The notes below the pieces were generated by a model. The model was not told the origin of the DNA and made no database searches. It saw only the letters and a program-made list of their open reading frames with translations. From an uncultured Gemmatimonadales bacterium (GTDB lineage Bacteria > Gemmatimonadota > Gemmatimonadetes > Gemmatimonadales > Gemmatimonadaceae), in NCBI GenBank assembly GCA_963707505.1, contig CAVPQB010000004.1, positions 384,001 through 448,000 on the forward strand: a stretch of DNA of 64,000 nt. The letters are read 5' to 3'. Below, piece after piece: positions 51,237 through 60,629 of this stretch. Positions within the stretch are counted from its first letter, which is position 1. Each line of letters opens with the position of its first letter. The translations under genes and the position numbers were made by a program.

Positions 51237-51901
51237 ACGCCCAGCCTGTAACCCGCGCCGCGCAGTGTGTGGATGAGCTTCGGCTCGAAGCCGTCGTCGA
51301 TCTTGCGGCGGAGCCTCCGCACCAGCACTTCGAGCACGTTCGTGAACGGATCGTGATTGTCGTCCCACACGTGCGCCGTTATCGCGCTGCGCGTCACCAC
51401 GTTGCCGGCGTTTTGTACCAGAAACTCGAGCAGCGAGAATTCCTTTGCCGTCAGCGTGATCTTCACGCCGCCGCGCGTTACCTCGCGTGTCGGTATATCG
51501 ACGTGGAGATCGGCGACGTCGTAGTGTTCCGGAGCGATCGCCGGACGGCGTCGCGCGAGTGCCTTGATCCGCGCCGTGAGCTCCATGAACGCGAACGGTT
51601 TCGTGAGATAGTCGTCCGCACCGGACTCGAGCCCGTGCACGCGATCTTCGACAGCGTCACGGGCGGTGAGCATCAGGATCGGGGTTGCCATCCCTCGCTC
51701 GCGAATCGTGCGGCAGAGATCGAAACCGGTACCGCCCGGCAGTATCACGTCCAGCACGATGACGTCGAAGGTCCCCAACAGGGCGTGCTCGCGGCCCGTC
51801 GCAAAATCGTGCGCCGCGTTGACCTCTATGTGATGGTTGCGCAGACCGTCGGTGATGACGGCGGAAAGCTCTGGATCATCTTCTACGAGAAGGACACGCA
51901 T
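51233..51901 (-). CDS. OmpR/CusR family response regulator
   Basis: MRVLLVEDD, LDVILP, GADDYLTKPF, IHTLRGAGY. Confidence 0.95.
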   Translation of the reverse strand: MRVLLVEDDPELSAVITDGLRNHHIEVNAAHDFATGREHALLGTFDVIVLDVILPGGTGFDLCRTIRERGMATPILMLTARDAVEDRVHGLESGADDYLTKPFAFMELTARIKALARRRPAIAPEHYDVADLHVDIPTREVTRGGVKITLTAKEFSLLEFLVQNAGNVVTRSAITAHVWDDNHDPFTNVLEVLVRRLRRKIDDGFEPKLIHTLRGAGYRLGV

Positions 51902-52029
51902 GTGATCTCGGCTGCGGAAAGGCCCGCGGAATACCGTCGCGGACGACCGGACTTTCACCTATACTATACGGGCGCGTTCTCCAAAAATACCGGAATCGCG
52001 CCTGAACCACCCGTACTCACTGCCCGAAG

Positions 52030-53193
52030 ATGCCGACAATGCAAGATATCCGTCCATCACTGACGATGTTATCCGAGGACGAGCTGATGTTCCGCGACGC
52101 GGTGGCCGCATTTGCTGCCACCGAAATCGCGCCACGCGTCAGGGCCATGGAAAAGGCCGGAAAAATAGATCCCGCTCTCATCCCGCAATACTTCGACCTG
52201 GGCTTGATGGGAATCGAGGTCGATGAAAAGTACGGCGGATCAGGCGGTGCGCTAATGATGGTCACGCTGGCTGTCGAAGAGCTGTCAAAGGTCGATGCGT
52301 CTGCCGCAATCGTCTGCGACGTGCAGAACACTCTGGTCAACTACCCCGTCGCGCGCTACGGCACCGAAGCACAGAAGGCCAAATATCTCGGCATGCTCAC
52401 CAGCGGCACGCTCGGCTCGTATGCGCTTTCCGAAGCCGGCTCCGGCTCGGATGCGTTCGCACTCGCAACCCGCGCCGAGAAGCGCGGCGATTCATATGTG
52501 CTGAACGGCCGCAAGCTGTGGATCACCAACGGCGCGGAGGCGGGCCTGTATGTCGTCTTTGCCAATGTCGATCCGAGCGCGGGCTACAAGGGAATCACGG
52601 CATTCATCATCGAGCGCGGCTTCCCCGGATTCGGTGTGGGAAAGAAGGAGGACAAGCTCGGCATTCGCGCCTCGTCCACAGTCGAATTGCTGCTCGACAA
52701 CTGCGAGGTTCCGGCAGCCAACGTACTCGGCCCTGTGGGCCAGGGATACAAAATCGCAATCGAGACGCTCAACGAGGGCCGCATCGGGATTGGCGCACAG
52801 ATGATCGGGGTCGCGCAAGGCGCGCTCAACGCGGCGATTGCCTACATCAAGGAGCGCCAGCAGTTCGGCAAGCCTCTGGCCGAAATGCAGGCTATCCAGT
52901 TTCAGGTGGCGCAGGCGGCGACCGAAATCGAAGCGGCTCGGCTCATGGTATACAATGCGACGAGGCTCAAGGACGCCGGCCACGACATCGCACGAGAGGG
53001 CGCCATGGCGAAGCTGTACTCATCGCAGGTTTGCGGGCGCGTTACGTCGCTTTGCGTCGAGCTATTCGGCGGTTATGGCTACACGACCGACTATCCGGCC
53101 GAGAAGTTTTTCCGCGATGCCAAGATCGGCACCATCTACGAAGGCACCTCAAACATGCAGCTGCAGACGATCGCAAAGGCGGTGCTTCGCTAG
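52030..53193 (+). CDS. Acyl-CoA dehydrogenase (short/branched-chain type)
   Basis: LSEAGSGSDA, KLWITNG, KLGIRASST, LNEGRIG, IYEGTSNMQ. Confidence 0.93.
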   Translation: MPTMQDIRPSLTMLSEDELMFRDAVAAFAATEIAPRVRAMEKAGKIDPALIPQYFDLGLMGIEVDEKYGGSGGALMMVTLAVEELSKVDASAAIVCDVQNTLVNYPVARYGTEAQKAKYLGMLTSGTLGSYALSEAGSGSDAFALATRAEKRGDSYVLNGRKLWITNGAEAGLYVVFANVDPSAGYKGITAFIIERGFPGFGVGKKEDKLGIRASSTVELLLDNCEVPAANVLGPVGQGYKIAIETLNEGRIGIGAQMIGVAQGALNAAIAYIKERQQFGKPLAEMQAIQFQVAQAATEIEAARLMVYNATRLKDAGHDIAREGAMAKLYSSQVCGRVTSLCVELFGGYGYTTDYPAEKFFRDAKIGTIYEGTSNMQLQTIAKAVLR

Positions 53194-53347
53194 CTCAGCT
53201 GCAGTCTGGCATCATCATCTATAAACATCTGGCTGTCTCATCTTTTGAGACTGCGGCCCTAGCTGCCGATCTTTCAAGGATGGACACGTCTCCGACCAAC
53301 ACGCTCCGATCGCTCCGTGCGGCCGGGGCGTGGTAAATTATCCGACC

Positions 53348-54415
53348 ATGTTTACATCAAAATCGATCGAATTTCTCAAGCAGCTTCTTGACACTCCGGG
53401 CCCGTCGGGCTTTGAAGGGGCGCCAGCGAAGATCTGGCGCGCTGAGGCTTCCAAGTTCGCGGAAGTGACGGCTGACGTCGCCGGCAATTCGATGGCCGTT
53501 GTGAACCCGTCCGGATCGCCGACGATCATGCTTGCCGGGCACATCGACGAGATCGGCGTCATCGTCACGTATGTCGATGACGATGGATACGCCTACATCG
53601 CTCCGATCGGCGGCTGGGATCCACAGGTTCTCGTGGGGCAGCGCATTCGATTCAGCGGGCGTCATGGCGACGTAGTCGGCGTCGTGGGGAAGATCCCGAT
53701 CCACATCATTCGACCCGAGGACCGCGAGAAAGGTGCACGGATGCGCGATCTGTGGGTGGACGTCGGAGCGCGTGACAAGAAAGAATGTCTGACCATGCTC
53801 TCGGTCGGCGATCCAGGCGTTATCGATGCGCAGGCAGTCGAGCTGCCAAATTCGCGGATTGCATCGCGGTCTATCGACAACAGGATTGGCGCTTTCACGG
53901 TTCTCGAGGCTCTCAGGCGCTACGCCGAGAAGCCCGGCAAGGCGAAGGTAGTTGCCGTCGCGACAGCCCAGGAAGAGATCGCCTACCGCGGCGGCGGGGC
54001 GCTCGTCGGCGCTGCGGCGCTCCGACCCCATATGGCGATCGTGGTCGACGTCACGTTCGCGATCGATCATCCCAATATTGAGAAGAAGGAACACGGCGAG
54101 GCAAAGCTCGATGGTGGCCCGGTGCTCACACGCGGCGCTGTGGTATCGCCCGTAGTGTTCGGACTGCTTCGCGACGTCGCCGAGAAAAAGAAGATTCCGT
54201 TCAGCGTACATGCCGCTGGTCGCGACACGGGAACCGATGCCGATGCGATCCACATCGCTCGCGAGGGCGTTGCAACCGGCCTTGTATCGATCCCGAATCG
54301 CTACATGCACTCGCCGAGCGAGATGATATCGCTCAACGACGTGAACAACGTCGCCGAGCTGATAGCAGAGACGTGCCGCGTAGTGACCTCGAAGACGGAT
54401 TTTACCGCGCGGTGA
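53348..54415 (+). CDS. M42 family metallo-aminopeptidase
   Basis: GPSGFE, GHIDEIG, IDNRIG, QEEI, GTDA, RYMHSP. Confidence 0.93.
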   Translation: MFTSKSIEFLKQLLDTPGPSGFEGAPAKIWRAEASKFAEVTADVAGNSMAVVNPSGSPTIMLAGHIDEIGVIVTYVDDDGYAYIAPIGGWDPQVLVGQRIRFSGRHGDVVGVVGKIPIHIIRPEDREKGARMRDLWVDVGARDKKECLTMLSVGDPGVIDAQAVELPNSRIASRSIDNRIGAFTVLEALRRYAEKPGKAKVVAVATAQEEIAYRGGGALVGAAALRPHMAIVVDVTFAIDHPNIEKKEHGEAKLDGGPVLTRGAVVSPVVFGLLRDVAEKKKIPFSVHAAGRDTGTDADAIHIAREGVATGLVSIPNRYMHSPSEMISLNDVNNVAELIAETCRVVTSKTDFTAR

Positions 54416-54463
54416 CCTGGGAAAGGGCGAAAGTTGCCGCGGAGTACTCGCCTCGATGAAACC

Positions 54464-54504
54464 AAAAAGCACCGCAACCCGATGACTGGATTGCGGTGCT
54501 TTTT
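54464..54504. terminator. Bidirectional intrinsic terminator
   Basis: AAAAAGCACCGCAA...TTGCGGTGCTTTTT between convergent genes. Confidence 0.85.
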
Positions 54505-54520
54505 ATTGGAACAGCCGCGA

Positions 54521-55186
54521 TTACACCCGCTTGACGCGACGTTTGACGAAGCCTGCGACGCCAACGAAGCCAGTGCCCAAGAGCGCGAGCGAGGATGGCT
54601 CCGGCGTAGTTGTGACACCGACGTCCACGTTCATTGCAACGCGGGACTGTTCAGTGTATCCGTAGGGGCCGGTCGGCGTGTACTGGACGAGCAGGAACGA
54701 GTATTCGCCGCCTGCATTAGGATCGAACGAGCCGTTCAGAAACGACATGCCCTCGTTCCAGGAGTCCTGGTAGGTCCCGAGGGGAATCTGCTGCATCGCC
54801 CACTGATCGGTGCCCGGTGCGGGATCCCGGTCCACAAACAGCTTGAACAGACTATTGGAAGTTCCGGCATCGGTATAGAAGTCGAAGTTCCAGCCTGCAT
54901 ATGCTGCGTTGCCGGCGCTGGGGCCGGCCGCGGCGAAAAACGTACCCGCCCCATCGTTGGTAACGGCCGGAGCGGAATAGCGTGGTGTCGCCGTAAGGCC
55001 CATCGTGGCGCCGTTCACTCCTCCTGTCATGACTGCGTTGTTCGGGATTCCAGTACCACCGAAAGTGGCTACGGGGAGGCTCCCGAAGGTGCCGGCAGGG
55101 GTGACGGCCTGGGCGTGACCGGTGCCAGCGCCGGCTAGCGTAACGGCGACCGCTGCTGCGACGAGCGAAGTAACCCGATTATTCAC
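54521..55186 (-). CDS. PEP-CTERM sorting-domain surface protein
   Basis: Signal peptide; C-terminal TPEPSSLALLGTGFVGVAGFVKRR; GGAGA RBS before GTG. Confidence 0.92.
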   Translation of the reverse strand: MNNRVTSLVAAAVAVTLAGAGTGHAQAVTPAGTFGSLPVATFGGTGIPNNAVMTGGVNGATMGLTATPRYSAPAVTNDGAGTFFAAAGPSAGNAAYAGWNFDFYTDAGTSNSLFKLFVDRDPAPGTDQWAMQQIPLGTYQDSWNEGMSFLNGSFDPNAGGEYSFLLVQYTPTGPYGYTEQSRVAMNVDVGVTTTPEPSSLALLGTGFVGVAGFVKRRVKRV

Positions 55187-55198
55187 GAAGCTGTCTCC

Positions 55199-55232
55199 AA
55201 AAAAAAGTGCCCCAAACCAGGGCGGTCCGGGG
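55199..55232 (-). terminator. Terminator-like hairpin in the 5' leader of the PEP-CTERM gene
   Basis: Minus strand CCCCGGACC-gccct-GGTTTGGGG-cac-T8 directly before the RBS. Confidence 0.55.
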
Positions 55233-55336
55233 GTGTCTCTCCCGTTGCGTGACTCCCGCAGATCCATTGGGAGCAGTGGCCAGTAACGGGCTACGAAGCA
55301 CCATAAGGATCAGGTCCTTCTTGCAATCATTTGTGT

Positions 55337-55352
55337 AGCATTGCGGATGCCG
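55337..55352 (-). promoter_or_regulatory. sigma54 (-24/-12) promoter of the PEP-CTERM gene, IHF-like site at ~55392-55404
   Basis: Minus strand CGGCATCCGCAATGCT (GG-N10-GC); PEP-CTERM genes are commonly sigma54/PrsR-controlled. Confidence 0.6.
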
Positions 55353-55532
55353 TTTTACTCAGAATTTTGTGACGAGTACAACGTGTTGGGCTGCAACGGC
55401 TTAGAGCGATCTGAGATATTTGCCAATGCGGGAGTTGTGGGTCATCGTACGTATTTGACTTACCGGCGCTACACACTGTGGTTTGTACGCAACAGACCAA
55501 GATGCCCGGGCGGGCGAGATTAAATTTGGATC

Positions 55533-56426
55533 GTGCCTCTCCCGATCCCCGCCCCGCGCGAAGCCGGCTTCACGCGCTCCACGTCGGTCCCGCTCTACTG
55601 GGCTCGATATGGCGAGCCCGGCAGACCGATTCTCATATTGCTTCACGGTGGACCTGGCGCCGATCACCGGTATCTCCTTCCGCAGATGCTGCATCTGGCC
55701 GAGAAGTACGATCTGCTGCTCTACGATCAACGTGGCGGTGGCCGATCGAGGGCGTCGGACAACAGCCCGATCGGTTGGCGAGACCATGTCGCGGACCTGG
55801 CGGCTATCTGCCATGAATGTGATATTGCGGCGCCGTCCATTCTTGGCTATTCCTGGGGAGGAATGCTCGCGCTGCTCTACGCTATCGCCCAGTATCACGA
55901 TGGGTCGCTCCCCAAGCCGGCTCGGCTCGTCCTCATGAGCCCTGCGCCGGTAACCAGTGAATATCGTGCGGAGTTCGACGCGAATCTTCGTGCGCGGGGG
56001 AACGCGCCGGCCATCGCAGACGAGCGTGCGATTCTCATGGCGTCAGATTTGCGCGAGAGAGATCCGGATGCATATCGCCAGCGGATATTCGAGCTCGGGG
56101 TCGCCGGTTATTTCTACAATCCGGCCAACGCTCGCAACCTCACGCCGTTCCGTGTGGTTGGCCGCGTGCAGCAGTCGACCTGGGAGAGTCTTGGCGATTT
56201 CGACCTTCGGCCGGAGATCGAGCGCTTGCGGATAACGGCGTGTATCGTTCATGGCCGTGACGATCCTATTCCCCCCGCGTCTTCAATCGACGTGGCACAC
56301 GCTCTCGAAACCGCACCTGTCTTTCTGGATCGATGTGGCCATGTTCCATATGTCGAGCGTCCCCAGGAACTCTGGGAAGCGATCGATCCGTTCCTCGCGT
56401 CAACCGACGCCGCAGCTTCCGGGTGA
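55533..56426 (+). CDS. Alpha/beta hydrolase (proline iminopeptidase-like)
   Basis: LHGGPG, YDQRGGGRS, GYSWGG nucleophile elbow, HGRDD, CGHVP. Confidence 0.9.
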   Translation: MPLPIPAPREAGFTRSTSVPLYWARYGEPGRPILILLHGGPGADHRYLLPQMLHLAEKYDLLLYDQRGGGRSRASDNSPIGWRDHVADLAAICHECDIAAPSILGYSWGGMLALLYAIAQYHDGSLPKPARLVLMSPAPVTSEYRAEFDANLRARGNAPAIADERAILMASDLRERDPDAYRQRIFELGVAGYFYNPANARNLTPFRVVGRVQQSTWESLGDFDLRPEIERLRITACIVHGRDDPIPPASSIDVAHALETAPVFLDRCGHVPYVERPQELWEAIDPFLASTDAAASG

Positions 56427-56882
56427 ATGACTGATTTTCGCGCCGAGCACCATCTCGCCACCATCGACGCCGACGGAGCACTCTGCGACGTCATGGTTCG
56501 TTTCTCCTACGACGGCCTCGAGCATATTGGGCGTCTGTGGTTCAGCGGTCCAGCCGTCGGCGACAAGCCTTTGCCGGACCACGGCGGAATTCCGGGCCGC
56601 ACGATCGAAGAGGCGATCCAGCTCTCCGAGCGATTCACTACCGACGATCTGCTGCGCCGTTTTTATCGAGCCCGCGCCGAGAAGCGCAAATACCTGCAGC
56701 TGAGGCGTGCGACGGAGCAGATGCTCGACAAGGTGAAGTATATGAATCGCATCGCGCTTTCGATGAAGGGCGGGATGCTCGATCCAGATGGCGCCCGTCA
56801 GGAGCTGGACCTGATCGTTAAGCAGATGCACGAGCTTGTGGATACGATGCCCGCGATGGCCGGGGTCGAGGAAACGCACTAG
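56427..56882 (+). CDS. Hypothetical protein
   Basis: Starts immediately after the hydrolase stop, host-like codon usage, helical C-terminal half. Confidence 0.75.
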   Translation: MTDFRAEHHLATIDADGALCDVMVRFSYDGLEHIGRLWFSGPAVGDKPLPDHGGIPGRTIEEAIQLSERFTTDDLLRRFYRARAEKRKYLQLRRATEQMLDKVKYMNRIALSMKGGMLDPDGARQELDLIVKQMHELVDTMPAMAGVEETH

Positions 56883-56917
56883 CAGTTCGTCGTAGTCGAG
56901 AAAGCGGTCCCGATACT

Positions 56918-57031
56918 CGTCATCCTCGCGAAAGCGGGGATCCATCTGCTGCCGACCCGCTGTTGGGGCGACGCATGCGTCGCCCCTGCTACAGATCGAT
57001 CACATGGATTCCCGCTTTCGCGGGAATGACG
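56918..57031. repeat. Composite REP-like element: inverted pair GTCAT(T/C)C..GCGAAAGCGGG.ATCCA enclosing the palindrome GGGGCGACGCATGCGTCGCCCC
   Basis: Outer arms 56918-56945 and 57004-57031; inner perfect 22-bp palindrome 56965-56986. Confidence 0.8.
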
Positions 57032-57068
57032 ACTTACTGAGCGCCAGGCGCCCTTAGTTTCACTGACG

Positions 57069-57710
57069 ATGCCGCTACAACCCGCTTCCGCACGCGCGCC
57101 GCTCATCTTCAAGCGGCTCAGGCGAGCATATCCCGACGCGCATTGCGAGCTTGACCACGTCAATGCGTATCAGCTTCTTGTCGCGACGATCCTGAGCGCC
57201 CAATGCACCGATAAACGGGTGAATATGGTGACGCCGGCGCTATTTGCCCGGTATCCGGACGCGGAGGCTCTGGCGATGGCGGATCCTCGTGAGGTGGAGG
57301 AGCTGGTCAAGCCGACCGGATTCTTTCGCAACAAGACGAAGAGCCTGCTCGGAATGGCTGGCGGGTTGCTCGATCAGTTCGGGGGCGCCGTTCCTGACCG
57401 GATGGAAGATCTGGTCACGCTGCCAGGCGTGGGTCGGAAGACGGCGAATGTGATCCTCGGCACCGCCTTCGACAAGCCGGCTGGTGTCGTCGTCGACACG
57501 CATGTGGGGCGGCTCGGCCGACGGCTTGGCCTCACTCGCCTGTCGGATCCCGTGAAGGTCGAGCGGGTGCTGATGAAGCTATTCCCGCAAAAAGATTGGA
57601 CTCTGCTGTCTCATCTGCTGATATTTCACGGACGCCGCGTCTGTCTGGCCCGACGCCCGAGGTGCGCAGAGTGCGTGCTGAATGACCTATGTCCATCGAG
57701 TGAAGTGTGA
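57069..57710 (+). CDS. nth: Endonuclease III
   Basis: [30 protein letters not shown]-x6-C-x2-C-x5-C cluster motif. Confidence 0.96.
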   Translation: MPLQPASARAPLIFKRLRRAYPDAHCELDHVNAYQLLVATILSAQCTDKRVNMVTPALFARYPDAEALAMADPREVEELVKPTGFFRNKTKSLLGMAGGLLDQFGGAVPDRMEDLVTLPGVGRKTANVILGTAFDKPAGVVVDTHVGRLGRRLGLTRLSDPVKVERVLMKLFPQKDWTLLSHLLIFHGRRVCLARRPRCAECVLNDLCPSSEV

Positions 57711-58186
57711 AGCAAGCAACATTTGAGACAAACAAGGGAACGATGGTCGCCGAGTTGTATTCCGGTGACGCGCCCAGGACGGTCGAGAACTTCGAGAAGC
57801 TCGCGAATGAAGGCTTTTACGACGGGGTGAAATTTCACCGCGTGATTCCCGAGTTCGTGGTGCAGGGGGGAGACCCGCTGTCGCGCGATCTTCCTGCCGG
57901 CAATCCGCGGATCGGCACCGGCGGGCCCGGCTACACTATCAAGTGCGAGACCAAGGGCAATCCGCGCACGCACGAGTTCGGCGCGCTGTCCATGGCGCAT
58001 GCGGGGAAGGATACCGGGGGCAGCCAGTTCTTCATCGTCCTGGACGAGAAGAACACCAAGCACCTCAACGGCGTGCACACGGTGTTCGGCAAGGTGACGC
58101 AAGGCGAGGACGTCGTGCGCCAGATCAAGCAGAATGACGTGATGAACAAGGTGCGCGTTACCGACACAGCCACAGCCACGGAGTAG
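57707..58186 (+). CDS. Cyclophilin-type peptidyl-prolyl isomerase
   Basis: [36 protein letters not shown]. Confidence 0.95.
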   Translation: MKQATFETNKGTMVAELYSGDAPRTVENFEKLANEGFYDGVKFHRVIPEFVVQGGDPLSRDLPAGNPRIGTGGPGYTIKCETKGNPRTHEFGALSMAHAGKDTGGSQFFIVLDEKNTKHLNGVHTVFGKVTQGEDVVRQIKQNDVMNKVRVTDTATATE

Positions 58187-58191
58187 AGACG

Positions 58192-58344
58192 ATGGAAACG
58201 AAGCAGCATGGTACGGACTTCCCCGCGGCGCTCACTGGGCTGATCGTCGGCGGATGCTTTGTGTTCGCTATTCTCTTCGGCATCGTTGTTCTCACGAACA
58301 ATCACTACGCGAGCGAGAAGCCCGCAGCCGCGGCGACAAAGTAG
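58192..58344 (+). CDS. Small single-TM protein (50 aa, METKQHGTDFPAALTGLIVGG...)
   Basis: Manual translation; 5 nt after the cyclophilin stop, GGAG upstream, one hydrophobic helix; below the ORF-track cutoff. Confidence 0.6.
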   Translation: METKQHGTDFPAALTGLIVGGCFVFAILFGIVVLTNNHYASEKPAAAATK

Positions 58345-58431
58345 CCATCGCATTGCCCGCACGGGATCGGGACATCAATCCCGTGCGGACCTGCGCCGCA
58401 GCGCGATCGTGCGCTGCTAATGTTGCACGCG

Positions 58432-59145
58432 ATGGCTGAGCTGTCTCTCCAGGCGACGGACCTCGTCCGCAACTTCGGCACACGTCGCGCCGTAAACGGA
58501 GTCTCGCTCACGCTCGTGCCGGGCGATTGTCTCGCGCTGTTCGGTCCTAACGGCGCCGGAAAGACGACGCTTCTACGGATGCTTGGTGGTTTGTTGCGTC
58601 CGACTTCCGGGAGCGCCGCGATCGAGGGTACCCCGCTACCCGGCGGTGCTGATGTGCGCGCACGTGTCGGTCTGGTGTCGCACCAGACGATGCTGTACGA
58701 TGTACTGACGGCACGCGAGAACGTGGAGTTTTCGGCACGCATGTACGGCGTCCAGGACGTGCGCGGGGCAGCCGACGAAGTGCTGGCGCGACTCGGCGCC
58801 GCGTCGTTCGCCGATGTTCGCGTGCGATCGTTGAGTCGTGGTATGCAGCAACGAGTCTCGGTCGCGCGCGCGATTGTGCACGCTCCGTCGATCCTTCTGG
58901 CGGACGAGCCATTCACCGGCCTTGATGCGGCCGGCGCCTCGGCGCTCAGCGGCATGTTGGCCGGGTTACGCGATTCCGGCGCGACGATAATCATCGTTAC
59001 TCACAACCTCGAAGAAGCGCTGGCAATCTGCACGGCGGCAGCGATAATGCGCGAGGGTAGATTCGTGCGTCTGGACCATGCGCCGATTCCCGCACGCGAG
59101 GAATACACTGCGCTCTACCGTGAGCTATCGGTCGATGCCGCCTAG
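58432..59145 (+). CDS. ccmA: Cytochrome c maturation ABC ATPase
   Basis: GPNGAGKTT, LSRGMQQR, DEPFTGLD; precedes ccmB and ccmC. Confidence 0.88.
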   Translation: MAELSLQATDLVRNFGTRRAVNGVSLTLVPGDCLALFGPNGAGKTTLLRMLGGLLRPTSGSAAIEGTPLPGGADVRARVGLVSHQTMLYDVLTARENVEFSARMYGVQDVRGAADEVLARLGAASFADVRVRSLSRGMQQRVSVARAIVHAPSILLADEPFTGLDAAGASALSGMLAGLRDSGATIIIVTHNLEEALAICTAAAIMREGRFVRLDHAPIPAREEYTALYRELSVDAA

Positions 59146-59854
59146 CACACACGTGACGCCGGTCCTTCGCCGCGCGCCTGGATTTATTGGATCGACGCTG
59201 GCCATCGCGCGCAAGGACACGTTGATCGAGCTGCGCTCGCGCAGCGTGATTCTCTCCGCGCTGGCGTTCGCGGTTCTGGCGATCACGATATTCTTTTTCG
59301 CATGGGATCCTACGGCGGTCGCATCGATCGATCTTGCGCCGGGCGTGCTCTGGGTGATCTTCACCTTTTCCGGACTGCTGGGCCTGCACCGCTCATTCGG
59401 CGTAGAGCAGCCGACCCGGGCGATGGACGCCTTGTTGGCGGCGCCGGTGGATCGTGAAGCGATCTACCTGGGCAAGCTGGTCGCGAATCTCGCGTTTGTC
59501 ATTCTGGTGCAGGCCATATCGCTGCCCGCCGTTGCACTACTATATAATGTGCCGATAGGTGGGTACATCTGGCCGTTGATCGGAGTCGTTCTGCTGGCAT
59601 CAGTGGGCCTGGTCGCGGTGGGGACGCTGTTTTCCTCGATGGCGGTCAGTACCCGGCTCGCCGAGCTGCTCCTGCCACTGTTGGCACTTCCGTTTTTCGT
59701 TCCTGTGATTCTTCCCGCCGCGCAGGCTACCGCGCGGCTCATGAACGGGCGTGCGGTGTCGGAAGTGTCCGGTTACATATCGATCCTGGGTGCATTCGAC
59801 GTCGTGTTTCTGGTTGTCTGTACACTGCTATATCCATATACGTTGGAACAATGA
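59135..59854 (+). CDS. ccmB: Heme exporter permease
   Basis: KDTLIELRS, PGVLWV, IYLGK, LLPLLALPFFVPV. Confidence 0.9.
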   Translation: MPPSTHVTPVLRRAPGFIGSTLAIARKDTLIELRSRSVILSALAFAVLAITIFFFAWDPTAVASIDLAPGVLWVIFTFSGLLGLHRSFGVEQPTRAMDALLAAPVDREAIYLGKLVANLAFVILVQAISLPAVALLYNVPIGGYIWPLIGVVLLASVGLVAVGTLFSSMAVSTRLAELLLPLLALPFFVPVILPAAQATARLMNGRAVSEVSGYISILGAFDVVFLVVCTLLYPYTLEQ

Positions 59855-60513
59855 AGTTCTCAAAACTTGGAGTTGTGGCGGTTCTCGCGGTGATCGGCGT
59901 GTATATAAGGGCGATCTACTTCACGCCGTTCGACGCTTTGCAGGGTCCGGCGCAGAAGATCCTTTACGTTCACGCGCCGTCGGCGTGGGTTGGACTGTAC
60001 CTGGCGTTCGGGCTCGTATTCATTACGAGCGTGCTGTACCTCTGGCTCAAGGATCCGAAGCTGGATCGCGTAGCGTCGAGCTCTGCTGAGGTAGGATTCG
60101 TCTTCACGTCGGTCGTGCTCACGACCGGTCCGCTCTGGGCGAAACCGATATGGGGCGCGTACTGGACGTGGGACGCGCGCCTGACGCTGACGCTGTTTCT
60201 CTGGTTCATCTACGCGGGCTACATAATCCTGCGCGGCGCGATCGATGACTTCGAGATGCGCGCGCGATTTTCTGCTGTACTGGGAATTCTCGGCGCGTTG
60301 CTTGTTCCGTTCATACATCTGAGCGTGTACTTCTTCCGCACCATGCACCCAATGCCGGTGCTGCTCAAGCCGAGCGCACCGTCGATGCCGTCGGAGATGG
60401 TAATCACGCTCGTGTCGGCGTTCTGCGCGCTGACGCTGTTGTATGCGTGGCTGCTGCATGAACGCTACTTGCTCGCAACCGAGCGTGACGCTGCACTGGA
60501 GGGACGGTCCTGA
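59851..60513 (+). CDS. ccmC: Heme chaperone loader CcmC
   Basis: ILYVHAPSAW, WAKPIWGAYWTWDARL (WWD motif), RTMHP. Confidence 0.93.
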   Translation: MKFSKLGVVAVLAVIGVYIRAIYFTPFDALQGPAQKILYVHAPSAWVGLYLAFGLVFITSVLYLWLKDPKLDRVASSSAEVGFVFTSVVLTTGPLWAKPIWGAYWTWDARLTLTLFLWFIYAGYIILRGAIDDFEMRARFSAVLGILGALLVPFIHLSVYFFRTMHPMPVLLKPSAPSMPSEMVITLVSAFCALTLLYAWLLHERYLLATERDAALEGRS

Positions 60514-60629
60514 TGCCGCCACAGGATGCATTCTGGTACCATCTCGCGTACACCGTGGCAGGTATAGTGTACACGTGCTACGCGGTAAGCTTGCAGTGGA
60601 GGAGGCGTAAGTGGCGGCGCAAGGAATAG
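60513..60629 (+). CDS. ccmD: CcmD-like small membrane protein (38 aa)
   Basis: MPPQDAFWYHLAYTVAGIVYTCYAVSLQWRRRKWRRKE; TGATG coupling to ccmC; hydrophobic N-terminus with AY and a basic tail. Confidence 0.7.
   Translation: MPPQDAFWYHLAYTVAGIVYTCYAVSLQWRRRKWRRKE

Noticed and set aside
53194..53330. AT-richer intergenic stretch with CATCT repeats and a small GTCTCA/TGAGAC hairpin as a possible sRNA
   Set aside because: Weak structure, irregular spacing and no clear promoter/terminator pair; insufficient support.
55200..55310. ZTP, cobalamin or c-di-GMP riboswitch in the PEP-CTERM leader
   Set aside because: Only short fragments resemble them (ACTGGC, GCCACTG...GGGA); the required pseudoknot and core motifs are not matched.
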